Shown here piece by piece: positions 39,130-48,570 of a DNA stretch of 64,000 bases. The DNA comes from an uncultured Candidatus Rokubacteria bacterium (lineage in GTDB: Bacteria; Methylomirabilota; Methylomirabilia; Rokubacteriales; CSP1-6). The DNA lies in assembly GCA_963747235.1 (NCBI GenBank), contig CAVVEU010000040.1, forward strand, positions 448,001-512,000, read 5' to 3'. Position numbers and translations under genes: made by a program. The notes under the pieces were generated by a model, which saw only the letters and a program-made list of their open reading frames with translations, searched no databases and was not told the DNA's origin. How positions within the stretch are numbered: position 1 is the stretch's first letter; every line of letters starts with the position of its first letter.

Positions 39130-40053
39130 GTGGCGAAAGACCTCAAGATCTGGATGAACGGGCGGCTCGTCCCCCAGGCCGAGGCCGTCCTGCCCGTGAA
39201 CAGCGCGGCCGTGTTCTACGCGACCAACGTGTTCGAGGGGCTGCGGGCCTACTGGAACGAAGCCGACGGCGAGGTCTACTGCTTCCGCCTCGGCGAGCAC
39301 TTCGCGCGCCTGCGCGAGTCCATGAAGATGATGCGCTTCACGGTCCCCTACACCGACATGGACCTCTACGAGGCGGTGCGGGAGGTGCTGCGCGGCAACG
39401 AGATCCACGAGGACGTCCACATGCACCTGGTGGCCTACGTGGCCGGTCCCGGGCTCGACGCGACCACCCCGACCGGGCTCTACATCAATCCCCGGCGGCG
39501 CGCCCGCATCATCGACGGCCATGGGCTCCGCTGCTGCATCACCTCGTGGCAGCGCACGAGCGACAACGCGATCCCGATTCGCCTCAAGTGCGGCGCCAAC
39601 TACCAGAACGGCCGGCTCGCCACGCTGCAGGCCAAGGCCGACGGCTACGACGCGCCGATCTTCCTGAACCAGCACGGCACGGTCGCGGAGGGCTCGGGCG
39701 CCACGTTCTTCATGGTGCGCCGCGGCCAGCTCGTGACGCCGCCGATCACCAGCGACATCCTCGAGTCCATCACCCGCACCACCCTGATCGACGCGGTGGC
39801 GCCGGCGCTGGGCATGGACGTGGTGGAGCGCGACATCGCGCGCACCGAGCTGTACGTGGCCGACGAGGCCTTCTTCTGCGGCAGCGGCTACGAGATCACC
39901 CCGATCCTCTCGGTGGACAAGTTCCCGCTCGGCGACGGCGGCGTCGGCCCCATCACCCAGCGGCTGCTCACCGCCTACATGAACGTGGTCCGGGGCGCGG
40001 ACCGGCGATTCCCCGAGTGGCGGATGCCGGTCTACAAGCCCGTCACGGTCTGA
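39130..40053 (+). CDS. ilvE: Class IV aminotransferase (branched-chain amino acid type)
   Basis: VFEGLRAY, RLKCGANY (PLP Lys), EGSG, ILESITR, ADEAFFCG. Confidence 0.85.
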   Translation: MAKDLKIWMNGRLVPQAEAVLPVNSAAVFYATNVFEGLRAYWNEADGEVYCFRLGEHFARLRESMKMMRFTVPYTDMDLYEAVREVLRGNEIHEDVHMHLVAYVAGPGLDATTPTGLYINPRRRARIIDGHGLRCCITSWQRTSDNAIPIRLKCGANYQNGRLATLQAKADGYDAPIFLNQHGTVAEGSGATFFMVRRGQLVTPPITSDILESITRTTLIDAVAPALGMDVVERDIARTELYVADEAFFCGSGYEITPILSVDKFPLGDGGVGPITQRLLTAYMNVVRGADRRFPEWRMPVYKPVTV

Positions 40054-40068
40054 TCCTTCGCCCCTGTC

Positions 40069-40110
40069 CTCCCTCTCCCCCGCCGAGGGGGAGAGGGCAG
40101 GGTGAGGGGG
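40069..40110. repeat. REP-like family A, single inverted unit
   Basis: CTCCCTCTCCCCC-GCCGA-GGGGGAGAGGGCAGGGTGAGGGGG. Confidence 0.88.
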
Positions 40111-40139
40111 CTCCCCCGGTGAAGCAAGGAGACTCCCCC

Positions 40140-41762
40140 ATGCCCAACGCCGTGCGTGTCCTCGCGCTCCTCCTGATCCTCTCCGGCCTCGCCGCGCTGC
40201 CTGCCGCCGCGCAGGCCCCGGCGCCCACGGTGCGGGAAGGCAAGCCGGGCGGCATCCTGCGCATGGTGCTCCGCGAGGACCTGCCCCAGGGCTTCTCCGT
40301 CCACGAGACCGCGACCAACTCGGTCACGTGGCCGTCCATGCCCTGCTACAGCAACCTCGTCGTCTACGATCAGACCAAGCGGCTCGGGCGGATGGATACC
40401 ATCGTCCCCGAGCTGGCCGAGAAGTGGTCGTGGCAGGACAACTACCGGAACCTCGTCTTCTTTCTCAGAAAAGACGTCAAGTGGCACGACGGCCAGCCCT
40501 TCACCTCGAAGGACGTGAAGTTCACCTTCGACACCGTGCGCGAGGCCGCCGACGCCCCCGCCAAGCTGCGCATCAACCCGAGAAAAGAGTGGTACGCCAA
40601 CGTGGACGCGGTGGAGGCGCCCGATCCGCACACGGTGGTATTCCGCCTCAAGCGGCCGCAGCCCTCGCTGGTCGCCATGCTCGCCTCCGGCTACTCGCCG
40701 GTGATCCCGGCCCACGTGCCGATCGCCGAGCACCGCGCGCGCTGCATCGGCACCGGCCCCTTCAAGTTCAAGGAGTGGAAGCGCGGCCAGACGGTCGACC
40801 TGGTGCGCAACCCGGACTACTTCGTCAAGGGCCGGCCCTACCTCGACGGCGTGCGCTACACCGTCATCGTCGAGCGCGGCACGCGGGTCGCCGCGCTCCA
40901 GGCCAACCAGATCGACGTGGCCTACCCGGGCGAGACCACGCTCTCCATCGCGGAGCAGCTCAAGGGCGCGGTCCCGAGCATGGTCTTCACCGAGACCGCG
41001 AGCAACGTCAGCGAGAACCTCCTGCTCAACACCAAGAAGCCGCCCTTCGACAACGTCAAGGTGCGGCGCGCGCTCAGCTTCGCGATCGACCGCCGCGCCT
41101 ATACCCAGACCGTGCACCGCGGGGCCGCGGTCATCGGCGCCTCGCTGGCGCCCAAGCCGTGGGGCGTGTGGGGCCTGGTGGACAAGGATCTCAACCAGCT
41201 CCCGGGCTACGGGGGCGCCGCGGAGGGCCGCGCGACGGCCAGGAAGCTGCTGGCCGAGGCCGGGTTCGGACCGGGCAACCCGCTCAAGGTCGAGATCGTC
41301 ACGCGCGCCATCGCGATCTACCTCGACTTCTCGGGCTTCGTGGTCAGCGACCTGAAGCAGGTGGGCGTGGAGGCCACGCTCAAGCAGATCGAGACCGCGC
41401 AGTGGCACCCGATGGTCACGCGCCGCGAGTTCCACATCGGCGCCAATCTCACCGGCCTCGGGGTGGACGATCCCGACGCGAACTTCTACGAGAACTACGC
41501 GTGCGGCTCGTCCCGGAACTACGGGGACTATTGCAACGAGGAAGTGAGCAAGCTCATCGAGCAACAGTCGCAGGAGATCGATCAGAAGAAGCGCCTCGCC
41601 CTCGTCTGGCAGATCCAGAAGAAGCTCGAGGAGGACGCGGCCCGCCCGACCATGGGCTGGCGCACCGACCGCTTCGCGCACTACCCGTACGTGAAGAACC
41701 TGATCCCGAACCAGGTCACCTACAACTGCTGCCGGCTGCAGGAAGTCTGGCTCGACAAGTAG
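40140..41762 (+). CDS. Family 5 (peptide/nickel) ABC substrate-binding protein, orphan
   Basis: Signal peptide; PELAEKW, VKWHDGQPFTSKDV, IGTGPF, PFDNVKVRRA. Confidence 0.92.
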   Translation: MPNAVRVLALLLILSGLAALPAAAQAPAPTVREGKPGGILRMVLREDLPQGFSVHETATNSVTWPSMPCYSNLVVYDQTKRLGRMDTIVPELAEKWSWQDNYRNLVFFLRKDVKWHDGQPFTSKDVKFTFDTVREAADAPAKLRINPRKEWYANVDAVEAPDPHTVVFRLKRPQPSLVAMLASGYSPVIPAHVPIAEHRARCIGTGPFKFKEWKRGQTVDLVRNPDYFVKGRPYLDGVRYTVIVERGTRVAALQANQIDVAYPGETTLSIAEQLKGAVPSMVFTETASNVSENLLLNTKKPPFDNVKVRRALSFAIDRRAYTQTVHRGAAVIGASLAPKPWGVWGLVDKDLNQLPGYGGAAEGRATARKLLAEAGFGPGNPLKVEIVTRAIAIYLDFSGFVVSDLKQVGVEATLKQIETAQWHPMVTRREFHIGANLTGLGVDDPDANFYENYACGSSRNYGDYCNEEVSKLIEQQSQEIDQKKRLALVWQIQKKLEEDAARPTMGWRTDRFAHYPYVKNLIPNQVTYNCCRLQEVWLDK

Positions 41763-41774
41763 CCGGAGCGCCGG

Positions 41775-42512
41775 ATGCGGGTCGTCTTCTGGAACATCCG
41801 CGCGGGGGGCGGCGTGCGCGCCGCCGCCATCGCGCGGCAGATCGCGGCCTGGGAGGCGGACGCGGTGGCGCTGGCCGAGTTCCGCGGCACGCCGCCCAGC
41901 GGGGAGCTGGCCCGCGACCTGGCCCGGCTCGGGCTTCCCTACCAGTGGACCACCGCGGACCCCGCGCGGCCCGGCGTCAACGGCCTCTTGCTGGCCTCAC
42001 GCTGGCCGCTGCGCCGGCTCCGGCTCCCCTGCGCGCCCAGCGAGCCGTGCCGCTGGCTGCTGGCCCGCGTCCTGGCCCCGGAGCCGCTCGCGCTCGGCGT
42101 GATGCACGTGCCCAACCGGGTCGGCGGCCGCAAGTACCCGTTCCTCGACGCGGTGCTCACCACCGCGCGGCGGCGCTGGGCCACCCCCGCCCTGCTGGTC
42201 GGCGACACCAACTCGGGCCGCATCGGCCTCGACGAGGAGGTCCCCGCGTTCAACCGGATCGAAGACGGCTGGATGCGCGAGCTCGACGAGGCGGGCTGGA
42301 CCGACGCTTACCGCCATCTGCGGGGCACCGCGCGGGCCTACACCTGGTACTCCCCGAACGGCGGGAACGGCTTCCGGATCGACCAGGCCTTCCTCAATCG
42401 CGCGCTACAACCCCGCCTGCGCCGCTTCCGCTACGACTGGGGCCGACGGTCCCGTCTCACCGGCCGCCCCGCAAGCGATCACGCGGCCATGATCCTCGAC
42501 CTGGCCGGCTGA
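41775..42512 (+). CDS. Endonuclease/exonuclease/phosphatase (ExoIII-like) family protein
   Basis: WNI, LAE, GDTN, YTWY, RID, SDH. Confidence 0.88.
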   Translation: MRVVFWNIRAGGGVRAAAIARQIAAWEADAVALAEFRGTPPSGELARDLARLGLPYQWTTADPARPGVNGLLLASRWPLRRLRLPCAPSEPCRWLLARVLAPEPLALGVMHVPNRVGGRKYPFLDAVLTTARRRWATPALLVGDTNSGRIGLDEEVPAFNRIEDGWMRELDEAGWTDAYRHLRGTARAYTWYSPNGGNGFRIDQAFLNRALQPRLRRFRYDWGRRSRLTGRPASDHAAMILDLAG

Positions 42513-42513
42513 C

Positions 42514-44028
42514 CTAGTCGCGAGGGCGGCGCACTCGCGCAGATGGGCCTGTTTCGCGCCCTCGCCCGGCGGGCGTCGCGTTGGCTTCCTGGCAGAGCCG
42601 CTTCCAGTCCGTGGCGTTCAGCGAGCAGTCGATCGTCGCGGTGTTCGCCTCCGCGACCCGGCCCGTCTTGCGGAGCAGCCGGATCTTGTGGGGCATCCAG
42701 CGCGGGGCGCCGCCGAAGGCCTTCGAGGCCTGGTCGGTCCACTCGAGCGCGGCGGGCAGGTTGCCGGCGCCCTCGTGGGCCACGATCAGGTCCTCGTACA
42801 CGTTGGGCACCGGCTCGCTCGAGGTGACCGCGCGCCGGAGCGCCTCGATGCCCTCGCGCGAGCGGCCGAGCGCGAAGGCCGCGCGGGCGAGCACCCAGTT
42901 CGGGTACGCGTCGGTGGCGGTGCGCCCGGTGATCGCGGTCCGCGCGGTGGCATAGGCCTCCTGGTTCTTGCCCTGGTCGAGCTGCTTCTTGGCCAGGAAC
43001 GCCTGCTTGTAGTTGCGCAGCACCAGGGCCACCTCGGGCCGGGCCCGCAGCGCCTTCCACGATGCGCTCGCGGGCTCCACCAGCGCGCGGGTGCCGTAGT
43101 GCCGCTCGAAGTACTCCGCGGCGTCGGTGATCCGCTCCTCGGTCTTGGGGTGGCTCACCGACACCGAGCTGAGCATCTTCTGGTACGCCATCCCCATCGC
43201 TTCGTTGACGTTCCGCTGCGAGGTCTGGCTCATGCGGTTCCAGAACGCCTCGTCGGTCTCCGCGGTGGCCTTCTCCCACGCCTGGAGCTTCTCGAGCATG
43301 GTCACCAGCGCGGGCGCCGACTGGCGGGTCTCCGCGAGCAGGTCCAGGCCGAGGAGATCCGCCTCCTTCTCCTGGCCGCGGCCCCACGCGGGCAGCACGA
43401 GCTTGTCGGTGGCGTCGGTGGCGAGCTGCACCTGCTGGATGGTCCGGGCGTCGCTCTTGGCCACCGTGCTCCGGCCGCTGAGCGCCGCCTTGGCGCCCAC
43501 GCCCATCTCGAAGAGGGCCTGCCCCTTCTTCTGCATGTCGCCGAGCACGTCGGAGGTGTGATGCTTGAGCAGCACGTGCGCGGTCTCGTGGGCGAGGATC
43601 GCCGACACCTCGTCCGCGTTCTCGAGCGTCTCGATCAGCCCCATCGCCAGGTACACGTTGCCGTCGGGGGTCGAGAACGCGACGAAGCCGGGATTGGCGA
43701 GGATCATCACCTTGCCCGGCACCCCGGTCTTGCCGACCGCCGCGATGAGGCGCGCCCGCGCCTCGTTCAGGTACTGCTCGAGGACCGCCGATCGCACGAA
43801 CCCGAGGCCGTCGCCCCGGTGCTGGGCGATGTCCTTCGCCTCGCCGATGGCCAGCGTGGACGGCTCGTAGGGACCGGGCTTGACGGTGGAGAACACGGTC
43901 ACGTTGGCGGGCTTGCCGCCCAGCCAGGTCGGCGCGGAGACACCGCTCCCCTGGCCGCCGCCCGCGCTCGTCCCCGCGCAGCCGGAGAGGACGAGCAGCG
44001 CCAGGCTCGCCGCGAGGCGACCGATCAC
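42514..44028 (-). CDS. M48 family zinc metalloprotease lipoprotein with TPR-like C-terminus
   Basis: LSGC lipobox; AFSTPDG; ILAHETAH (HExxH); QEKEADLLG; SHP. Confidence 0.9.
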   Translation of the reverse strand: MIGRLAASLALLVLSGCAGTSAGGGQGSGVSAPTWLGGKPANVTVFSTVKPGPYEPSTLAIGEAKDIAQHRGDGLGFVRSAVLEQYLNEARARLIAAVGKTGVPGKVMILANPGFVAFSTPDGNVYLAMGLIETLENADEVSAILAHETAHVLLKHHTSDVLGDMQKKGQALFEMGVGAKAALSGRSTVAKSDARTIQQVQLATDATDKLVLPAWGRGQEKEADLLGLDLLAETRQSAPALVTMLEKLQAWEKATAETDEAFWNRMSQTSQRNVNEAMGMAYQKMLSSVSVSHPKTEERITDAAEYFERHYGTRALVEPASASWKALRARPEVALVLRNYKQAFLAKKQLDQGKNQEAYATARTAITGRTATDAYPNWVLARAAFALGRSREGIEALRRAVTSSEPVPNVYEDLIVAHEGAGNLPAALEWTDQASKAFGGAPRWMPHKIRLLRKTGRVAEANTATIDCSLNATDWKRLCQEANATPAGRGRETGPSARVRRPRD

Positions 44029-44426
44029 TTGCACTCTCCGACCCCGCGGGTGGCCCCGGTCTTCGGGAGCTTGCCCGCCACCATGGCCCCGCACTCCCGG
44101 TCCCGGTCGATCACCACCGGCTTCTCGGTCTCGACCGCGAAGGCGCGGACGCAGTACTCCACGCGATCCACCTGCACCTTGAGGTAGAGCGGCGAGGCCG
44201 GATCGCGCGTGGCCATCCACGGGCCCTTGAAGTCCTTGCGGGCCACGTCCATCTGCGGCTTGCGCTTGTCCCGGTCCGGGTTGCAGTCGTAGAGCGTCAC
44301 CTTCTCGGTGCGCAGCCCCTTGACCGTCCAGGTCTCCTCGGCGGCCGCGGCGGGCCCGGCGCTCGTGCCCCCCAGGAGCAGCGCGATTCCGAGCGCCTCA
44401 CGCCACCGCATGCGTCGTCTCCCCAT
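44025..44426 (-). CDS. Small secreted 4-Cys protein ending in GATRGVGECK
   Basis: Signal peptide ending AAAA; stop overlaps the M48 start (GTGA); alternative start about 15 nt downstream (MRWRE). Confidence 0.82.
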   Translation of the reverse strand: MGRRRMRWREALGIALLLGGTSAGPAAAAEETWTVKGLRTEKVTLYDCNPDRDKRKPQMDVARKDFKGPWMATRDPASPLYLKVQVDRVEYCVRAFAVETEKPVVIDRDRECGAMVAGKLPKTGATRGVGECK

Positions 44427-46191
44427 GAGTCGTCTCCTCGTGATCCCCTCGCACGCAGAGCGTGAAGAGCCAGTCCACCGCGGCGAGCACCCCCGGCCCG
44501 ACGCCCCACTCCTCGGGCCGCGGGTGGGCCCGGCGGAGCGCGAAGTACTTCCCGGCCGCCTCGTCGGCGTGCCGCATGAGATGCCGCGCGATCTCGAAGA
44601 AGGCCACGTACGCCACGATGTTGCGCGGACCCAGGTTGATCGGCGGCAGGAAGCTCACCACCGCCGCGCCCACGAAGAGCACCGAGGTCGCCACGAAGAG
44701 CACGTCGCGCGCGACCAGCGCCTTGTAGATGAAGTAGCCGGGCAGCACCACGAGCAGCAGGCCCGCCTCGACCCCGTACCGCGTGTCGACGAGCAGGAAG
44801 AGCACGGCGGCCACCGCCAGGATGCCGACGCCGAGGAACGAGACCCGCAGGAACTGTCTAGCTGAGACCGGCTGGGGCGGGCGGGTGGCGGCCAGGTGCA
44901 GGACCGCGACCACCCCCAGCAGCAGCGGGACCAGGAGCAGCACCGCCGACAGGCTCGTCGGGAAGGCGAACGTGATCCCGATCAGCAGCAGGGCCACCCC
45001 GAGCGCGAGCCACTTGATCGCGGGACGCACCGCGGCGAGCTGTTCGAGCAGGGCCCGGGCGAACGCGGGGGGCTTGTCCACCAGCAGCAGCAGCACGACC
45101 GTGAAGAGGAGGAGCAGGCCGTTGACCACGCTCGAGAGCGAGAGCCCGTGGTGATCGGCGCGCTTGTAGGCGGCCTTGAAGGTCACCAGGTTGTCGTAGG
45201 CCATCGCGTGGAGGTAGACGCCCGGAAGATCGTCGTAGACCGGCGAGATCACCCGGTCGCCCACCATCTGGAAGTTGCCCCCGTAGAAGATCGCCTTCTT
45301 CCCGACGGCCTTCTCCACCCCGGTGTTGTGGGGCCCGAGGAGGTGGAGCACCGAGATCGTGTTCGTGTGCGGGCACGTCCGCTTGGCCGCGAGCGGGTTC
45401 TCCCGGAGGATGTTGACGAGGTGGCGCAGCGCCCCCTCGCTGGAGCAGTGCATCCAGCTCTCGTTCAGGTCCGAGGCGAGATTGCCCCAGATGATCTCCA
45501 TCGGCTGGGCGTCCTTCGGCGAGAGCCGCGGCTTGGACTCGGCGCGGGCGTACACGTCGTACATCGCGAAGGCGGGGGTCCACGTGAACCCGGAGGTCCC
45601 CCCGCCGTGCGCGTAGGTGAGCACGCCGCTCACCCCACGCTCGGCGTCCATCTGCGCGTTCACCGCCTCCGCGCACTCGAGCAGCGCCGGGTTGACCCGG
45701 ACGCCCTCGTCGCGGCCTCCGCTCGGGGCGGGCGCGGCCAGGTAGACCGGCACCTTCCCGCGCGCGTTCAGATCGCAGATCGCGCGCGTGAGCAGCGCCT
45801 GATCCTCGGGGCTGCGCGCGTCGATGAAGGCGAAGTCCACGAACACCGCGCGCGGCCCGTAGCTGGCCAGCGCCTCGAGCACCTCGGCGTGGCGCGCGTA
45901 GGAAACGGGGAAGGACTCGCCGAGCTCGGCGAGGTTCTCCTCCCGGAACAGGACCACGGTGGTGTCGCGCTGCCCGGTGGCCGGGTACGCGTACTTCACG
46001 ACGCCGTTGACGATGGCCTGCGACCACGGCGTCAGGTGGAGCGAGATGCCGTGGAACATGAAGAGCATGGCGCCGACCGCGGAAAGGAAGAGGAACTGGG
46101 CGATGGCGCGCGCCGCCGGGCCCGGCCGCCGGACGCGGACGGCAGCGGACTCGATGACCGCCGATCCGTCTCCTACGAGGGGCTGACTCAC
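44398..46191 (-). CDS. CHASE2-domain polytopic membrane protein lacking a cytoplasmic output domain
   Basis: N-terminal TM; HAEVLEAL..GPRAVFVDFAF; D.VISPV...PGVYLHAMAYDNL; about 6-7 further TM helices; AGGAGG RBS. Confidence 0.85.
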   Translation of the reverse strand: MSQPLVGDGSAVIESAAVRVRRPGPAARAIAQFLFLSAVGAMLFMFHGISLHLTPWSQAIVNGVVKYAYPATGQRDTTVVLFREENLAELGESFPVSYARHAEVLEALASYGPRAVFVDFAFIDARSPEDQALLTRAICDLNARGKVPVYLAAPAPSGGRDEGVRVNPALLECAEAVNAQMDAERGVSGVLTYAHGGGTSGFTWTPAFAMYDVYARAESKPRLSPKDAQPMEIIWGNLASDLNESWMHCSSEGALRHLVNILRENPLAAKRTCPHTNTISVLHLLGPHNTGVEKAVGKKAIFYGGNFQMVGDRVISPVYDDLPGVYLHAMAYDNLVTFKAAYKRADHHGLSLSSVVNGLLLLFTVVLLLLVDKPPAFARALLEQLAAVRPAIKWLALGVALLLIGITFAFPTSLSAVLLLVPLLLGVVAVLHLAATRPPQPVSARQFLRVSFLGVGILAVAAVLFLLVDTRYGVEAGLLLVVLPGYFIYKALVARDVLFVATSVLFVGAAVVSFLPPINLGPRNIVAYVAFFEIARHLMRHADEAAGKYFALRRAHPRPEEWGVGPGVLAAVDWLFTLCVRGDHEETTHGETTHAVA

Positions 46192-46218
46192 GCGACCTCC
46201 TACCGAAAGAGTTTCAAC

Positions 46219-46289
46219 AGTCTAGACGGAAATCGGCCGCCGTCAAGTGAGCCGCGCCCCTTGCGACGCTCCCGGCCATGTGCTAGACG
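46219..46289. promoter_or_regulatory. Divergent sigma70-type promoters for the CHASE2 operon and the lipoprotein/Sel1 operon
   Basis: Minus TTGACG-16-TAGACT (46246-46219); plus TTGCGA-17-TAGACG with TG extension (46261-46289). Confidence 0.5.
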
Positions 46290-46327
46290 AGAGGGCCACC
46301 GACCCACCGATCCCCCGTGCCGGGAGA

Positions 46328-47290
46328 ATGAGCATGGACGTCACTGTCACCCCCCACCGCCGCACCGCCGTCGTGCTGCTGGCCGTCACGCTGCTGGCCG
46401 GCTGCGTGTCCCAGGACTACTACCGCGCCACCGGCCAGAGCGCCGCCGCCGGCGCCATGCAGGGCGTGCGGGAGGGGATTGCCGGCATCCAGGAGCCGCT
46501 CCGGCAGACTTTGCATGGGGCCCTCGTCGATGACCCGATGCTGAAGGACGCCGCCCGCGACATGACCCGGTCCGCGATGGAGGTCCTCGAGGCGCGCCTC
46601 GGCTCGCCCGAGATGCGCCGACAGGTGGACGCGCTCGTGGCCCAGGCGATGGCAAGCCTCCAGCGCGACAGCGACAAGACGGTCCGGGAGCTCGTCACGG
46701 CGGCGGGGGGCACGCTGGAGGCGGAGCTCCGCCGCGTGGCCACCGCCAGCATCCTGGCCGCGACCACCACCCTGCGTGACTCGCTCGAGCGGGACGTGAC
46801 CCCGGCCGCGCAGCGGCTGGCCAGCCGCATGGGGGAGGAGCTCGTGATCTCGGTGGTCAAGGGCCTGGAGGGCCCGCTCCAGAAGACCATGCTGCAGGCC
46901 GGGCGCAACATGTCGCAGGCCCTGATCAAGGGCGCGGCGGAGGGCGCCGAGGATCCGATCAACCAGGCCGGGTTCGGCGGGCTCACCAACCACGTGATGC
47001 TGCAGGCGGTGCGCGGGGCGCGGCAGGGCATGACCGAGGGCCTGCCCGACCAGGCGCAGATCGCGCTCATCTCCGGCATGGTCCTGCTCGGCGCGCTGGT
47101 GCTGGCGACCAGCGGCGGCCTCGGCTTCTTCTGGTGGCGCTACCAGCAGAGCGCCAAGACCCTGACCATCGTGGCCAAGAGCATCAACAATCATCAGTCG
47201 GGCGCGCTCAAGGACACGATCAAGAAGAGCACCCACGACAACTACGTCGGCCCCTGGTTCAGCAGCTTCCTGAAGCGCCGCGGCCTCTGA
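46328..47290 (+). CDS. Helical lipoprotein with an additional C-terminal TM helix
   Basis: LAGC lipobox; long amphipathic helical region; TM IALISGMVLLGALVLATSGGLGFFWW. Confidence 0.8.
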   Translation: MSMDVTVTPHRRTAVVLLAVTLLAGCVSQDYYRATGQSAAAGAMQGVREGIAGIQEPLRQTLHGALVDDPMLKDAARDMTRSAMEVLEARLGSPEMRRQVDALVAQAMASLQRDSDKTVRELVTAAGGTLEAELRRVATASILAATTTLRDSLERDVTPAAQRLASRMGEELVISVVKGLEGPLQKTMLQAGRNMSQALIKGAAEGAEDPINQAGFGGLTNHVMLQAVRGARQGMTEGLPDQAQIALISGMVLLGALVLATSGGLGFFWWRYQQSAKTLTIVAKSINNHQSGALKDTIKKSTHDNYVGPWFSSFLKRRGL

Positions 47291-47294
47291 TCCG

Positions 47295-48566
47295 GTGAGG
47301 CTCCCTCGCGTCGTCGCCGGCGCCCTCGCCGTCGCGATGCTGCTGTCCGTCCCGGCCCACGCCGGGCTCGCCGAGGACCTCGCGCGGTGCCAGAACACGG
47401 TGTGGCCGCGCTTCGCCGGCTGGTCGCTCTCGCGCCAGCAGGGGCCGGACAGCCCGCGGACGCCGGACGACTTCTACTGCCTGGCCCTCGGCCACTGGTC
47501 CGGCCAGGGCCCGTTCCAGGGCAAGGATCCGGTGAAGGCCGCCGGGTACGCGCGGACCGCGGCCGAGCAGAACCATCCGGGCGCGCAGGGCCTGCTGGGC
47601 TTCTTTCTGAGCAAGGGCATCGGCGTGAAGGCCGACCCGGCCGCCGCGGTCGACTGGTGGCGCAAGGGCGCGGCGCAGGGGCACGCGGACAGCCTCAACG
47701 CGCTCGCCGCCGCGTACGAGAGCGGCGAGGGCGTGGCCGCCGACCGGCAGGAGGCGGTGCGCCTCTATCGCCAGGCCGCGGAGCGCGGGAGCAAGGAGGC
47801 GCAGCAGCGGCTGGCCGCGCTGGGGCCGGCGAAGGCAGCGGCGGCCGGCCAGGCCGAGTTCGACGAGGGCACGCGTCTGTACAAGGCGGGCCAGCACGCC
47901 GCCGCGGCGAAGCAGTTCCTGCGCGCGGCCGAGCTCGGCCACGCGCGCGCGCAGCTCCAGATCGGCTACCAGTACAACTACGGCGAGGGCGTGCCGGTCA
48001 ACGCGAGCGAGGCGGTGAAATGGTACACGCGCGCGGCCGGCCAGGGCGACGCGACCGCGCAGTCCAACCTCGGCAGCATGTACGAGCACGGCGGAGGCGT
48101 GCGCGAGGACTGGGTCGAGGCCGCGCGCTGGTACGCCAGGAGCGCCGCCCAGGACCACGCGGCGGGCCAGTTCAGCCTGGGCCGCGCCTACCAGTTCGGC
48201 ATCGGCGTGCCGCAGAACCGCAAGCTCGCCATCGAGTGGTTCCAGAAGGCCTCGTTCCAGGGGCACGCGCAGGCGCGCTTCTTCGCGCAGCATCTCCTGA
48301 GCCGGGGGAACTTCATCGGCTTCCGCGACGAGCAGGAGGAGGCGCACGTGATCGCGGGGAAGCTGCGCACCGGGCTGCTGTGGGAGGAACCGGTCGGCAT
48401 GCTCTTCCACCACTCGGGCGAGCGGCTCGCCTACATCAAGAACCTGCGCTACCGCGTGGACCGCTACGAGGCCTACACGGCGTGGGTGCTGCGGCGGAAC
48501 GACTACGACGACTGCCAGCGCAGCAGCCGGTCGGGCTGCCGCGATCCGGGGCCGGCCCCGCCGTAG
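47295..48566 (+). CDS. Secreted Sel1-like repeat protein
   Basis: Signal peptide; repeated AQxxLGxxYxxGxGV...AxxWY.KAA. Confidence 0.9.
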   Translation: MRLPRVVAGALAVAMLLSVPAHAGLAEDLARCQNTVWPRFAGWSLSRQQGPDSPRTPDDFYCLALGHWSGQGPFQGKDPVKAAGYARTAAEQNHPGAQGLLGFFLSKGIGVKADPAAAVDWWRKGAAQGHADSLNALAAAYESGEGVAADRQEAVRLYRQAAERGSKEAQQRLAALGPAKAAAAGQAEFDEGTRLYKAGQHAAAAKQFLRAAELGHARAQLQIGYQYNYGEGVPVNASEAVKWYTRAAGQGDATAQSNLGSMYEHGGGVREDWVEAARWYARSAAQDHAAGQFSLGRAYQFGIGVPQNRKLAIEWFQKASFQGHAQARFFAQHLLSRGNFIGFRDEQEEAHVIAGKLRTGLLWEEPVGMLFHHSGERLAYIKNLRYRVDRYEAYTAWVLRRNDYDDCQRSSRSGCRDPGPAPP

Positions 48567-48570
48567 CGCG

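Noticed and set aside
46328-47290. Prophage lysis cassette suggested by spanin-like topology
   Set aside because: No holin, endolysin, integrase or structural phage genes nearby
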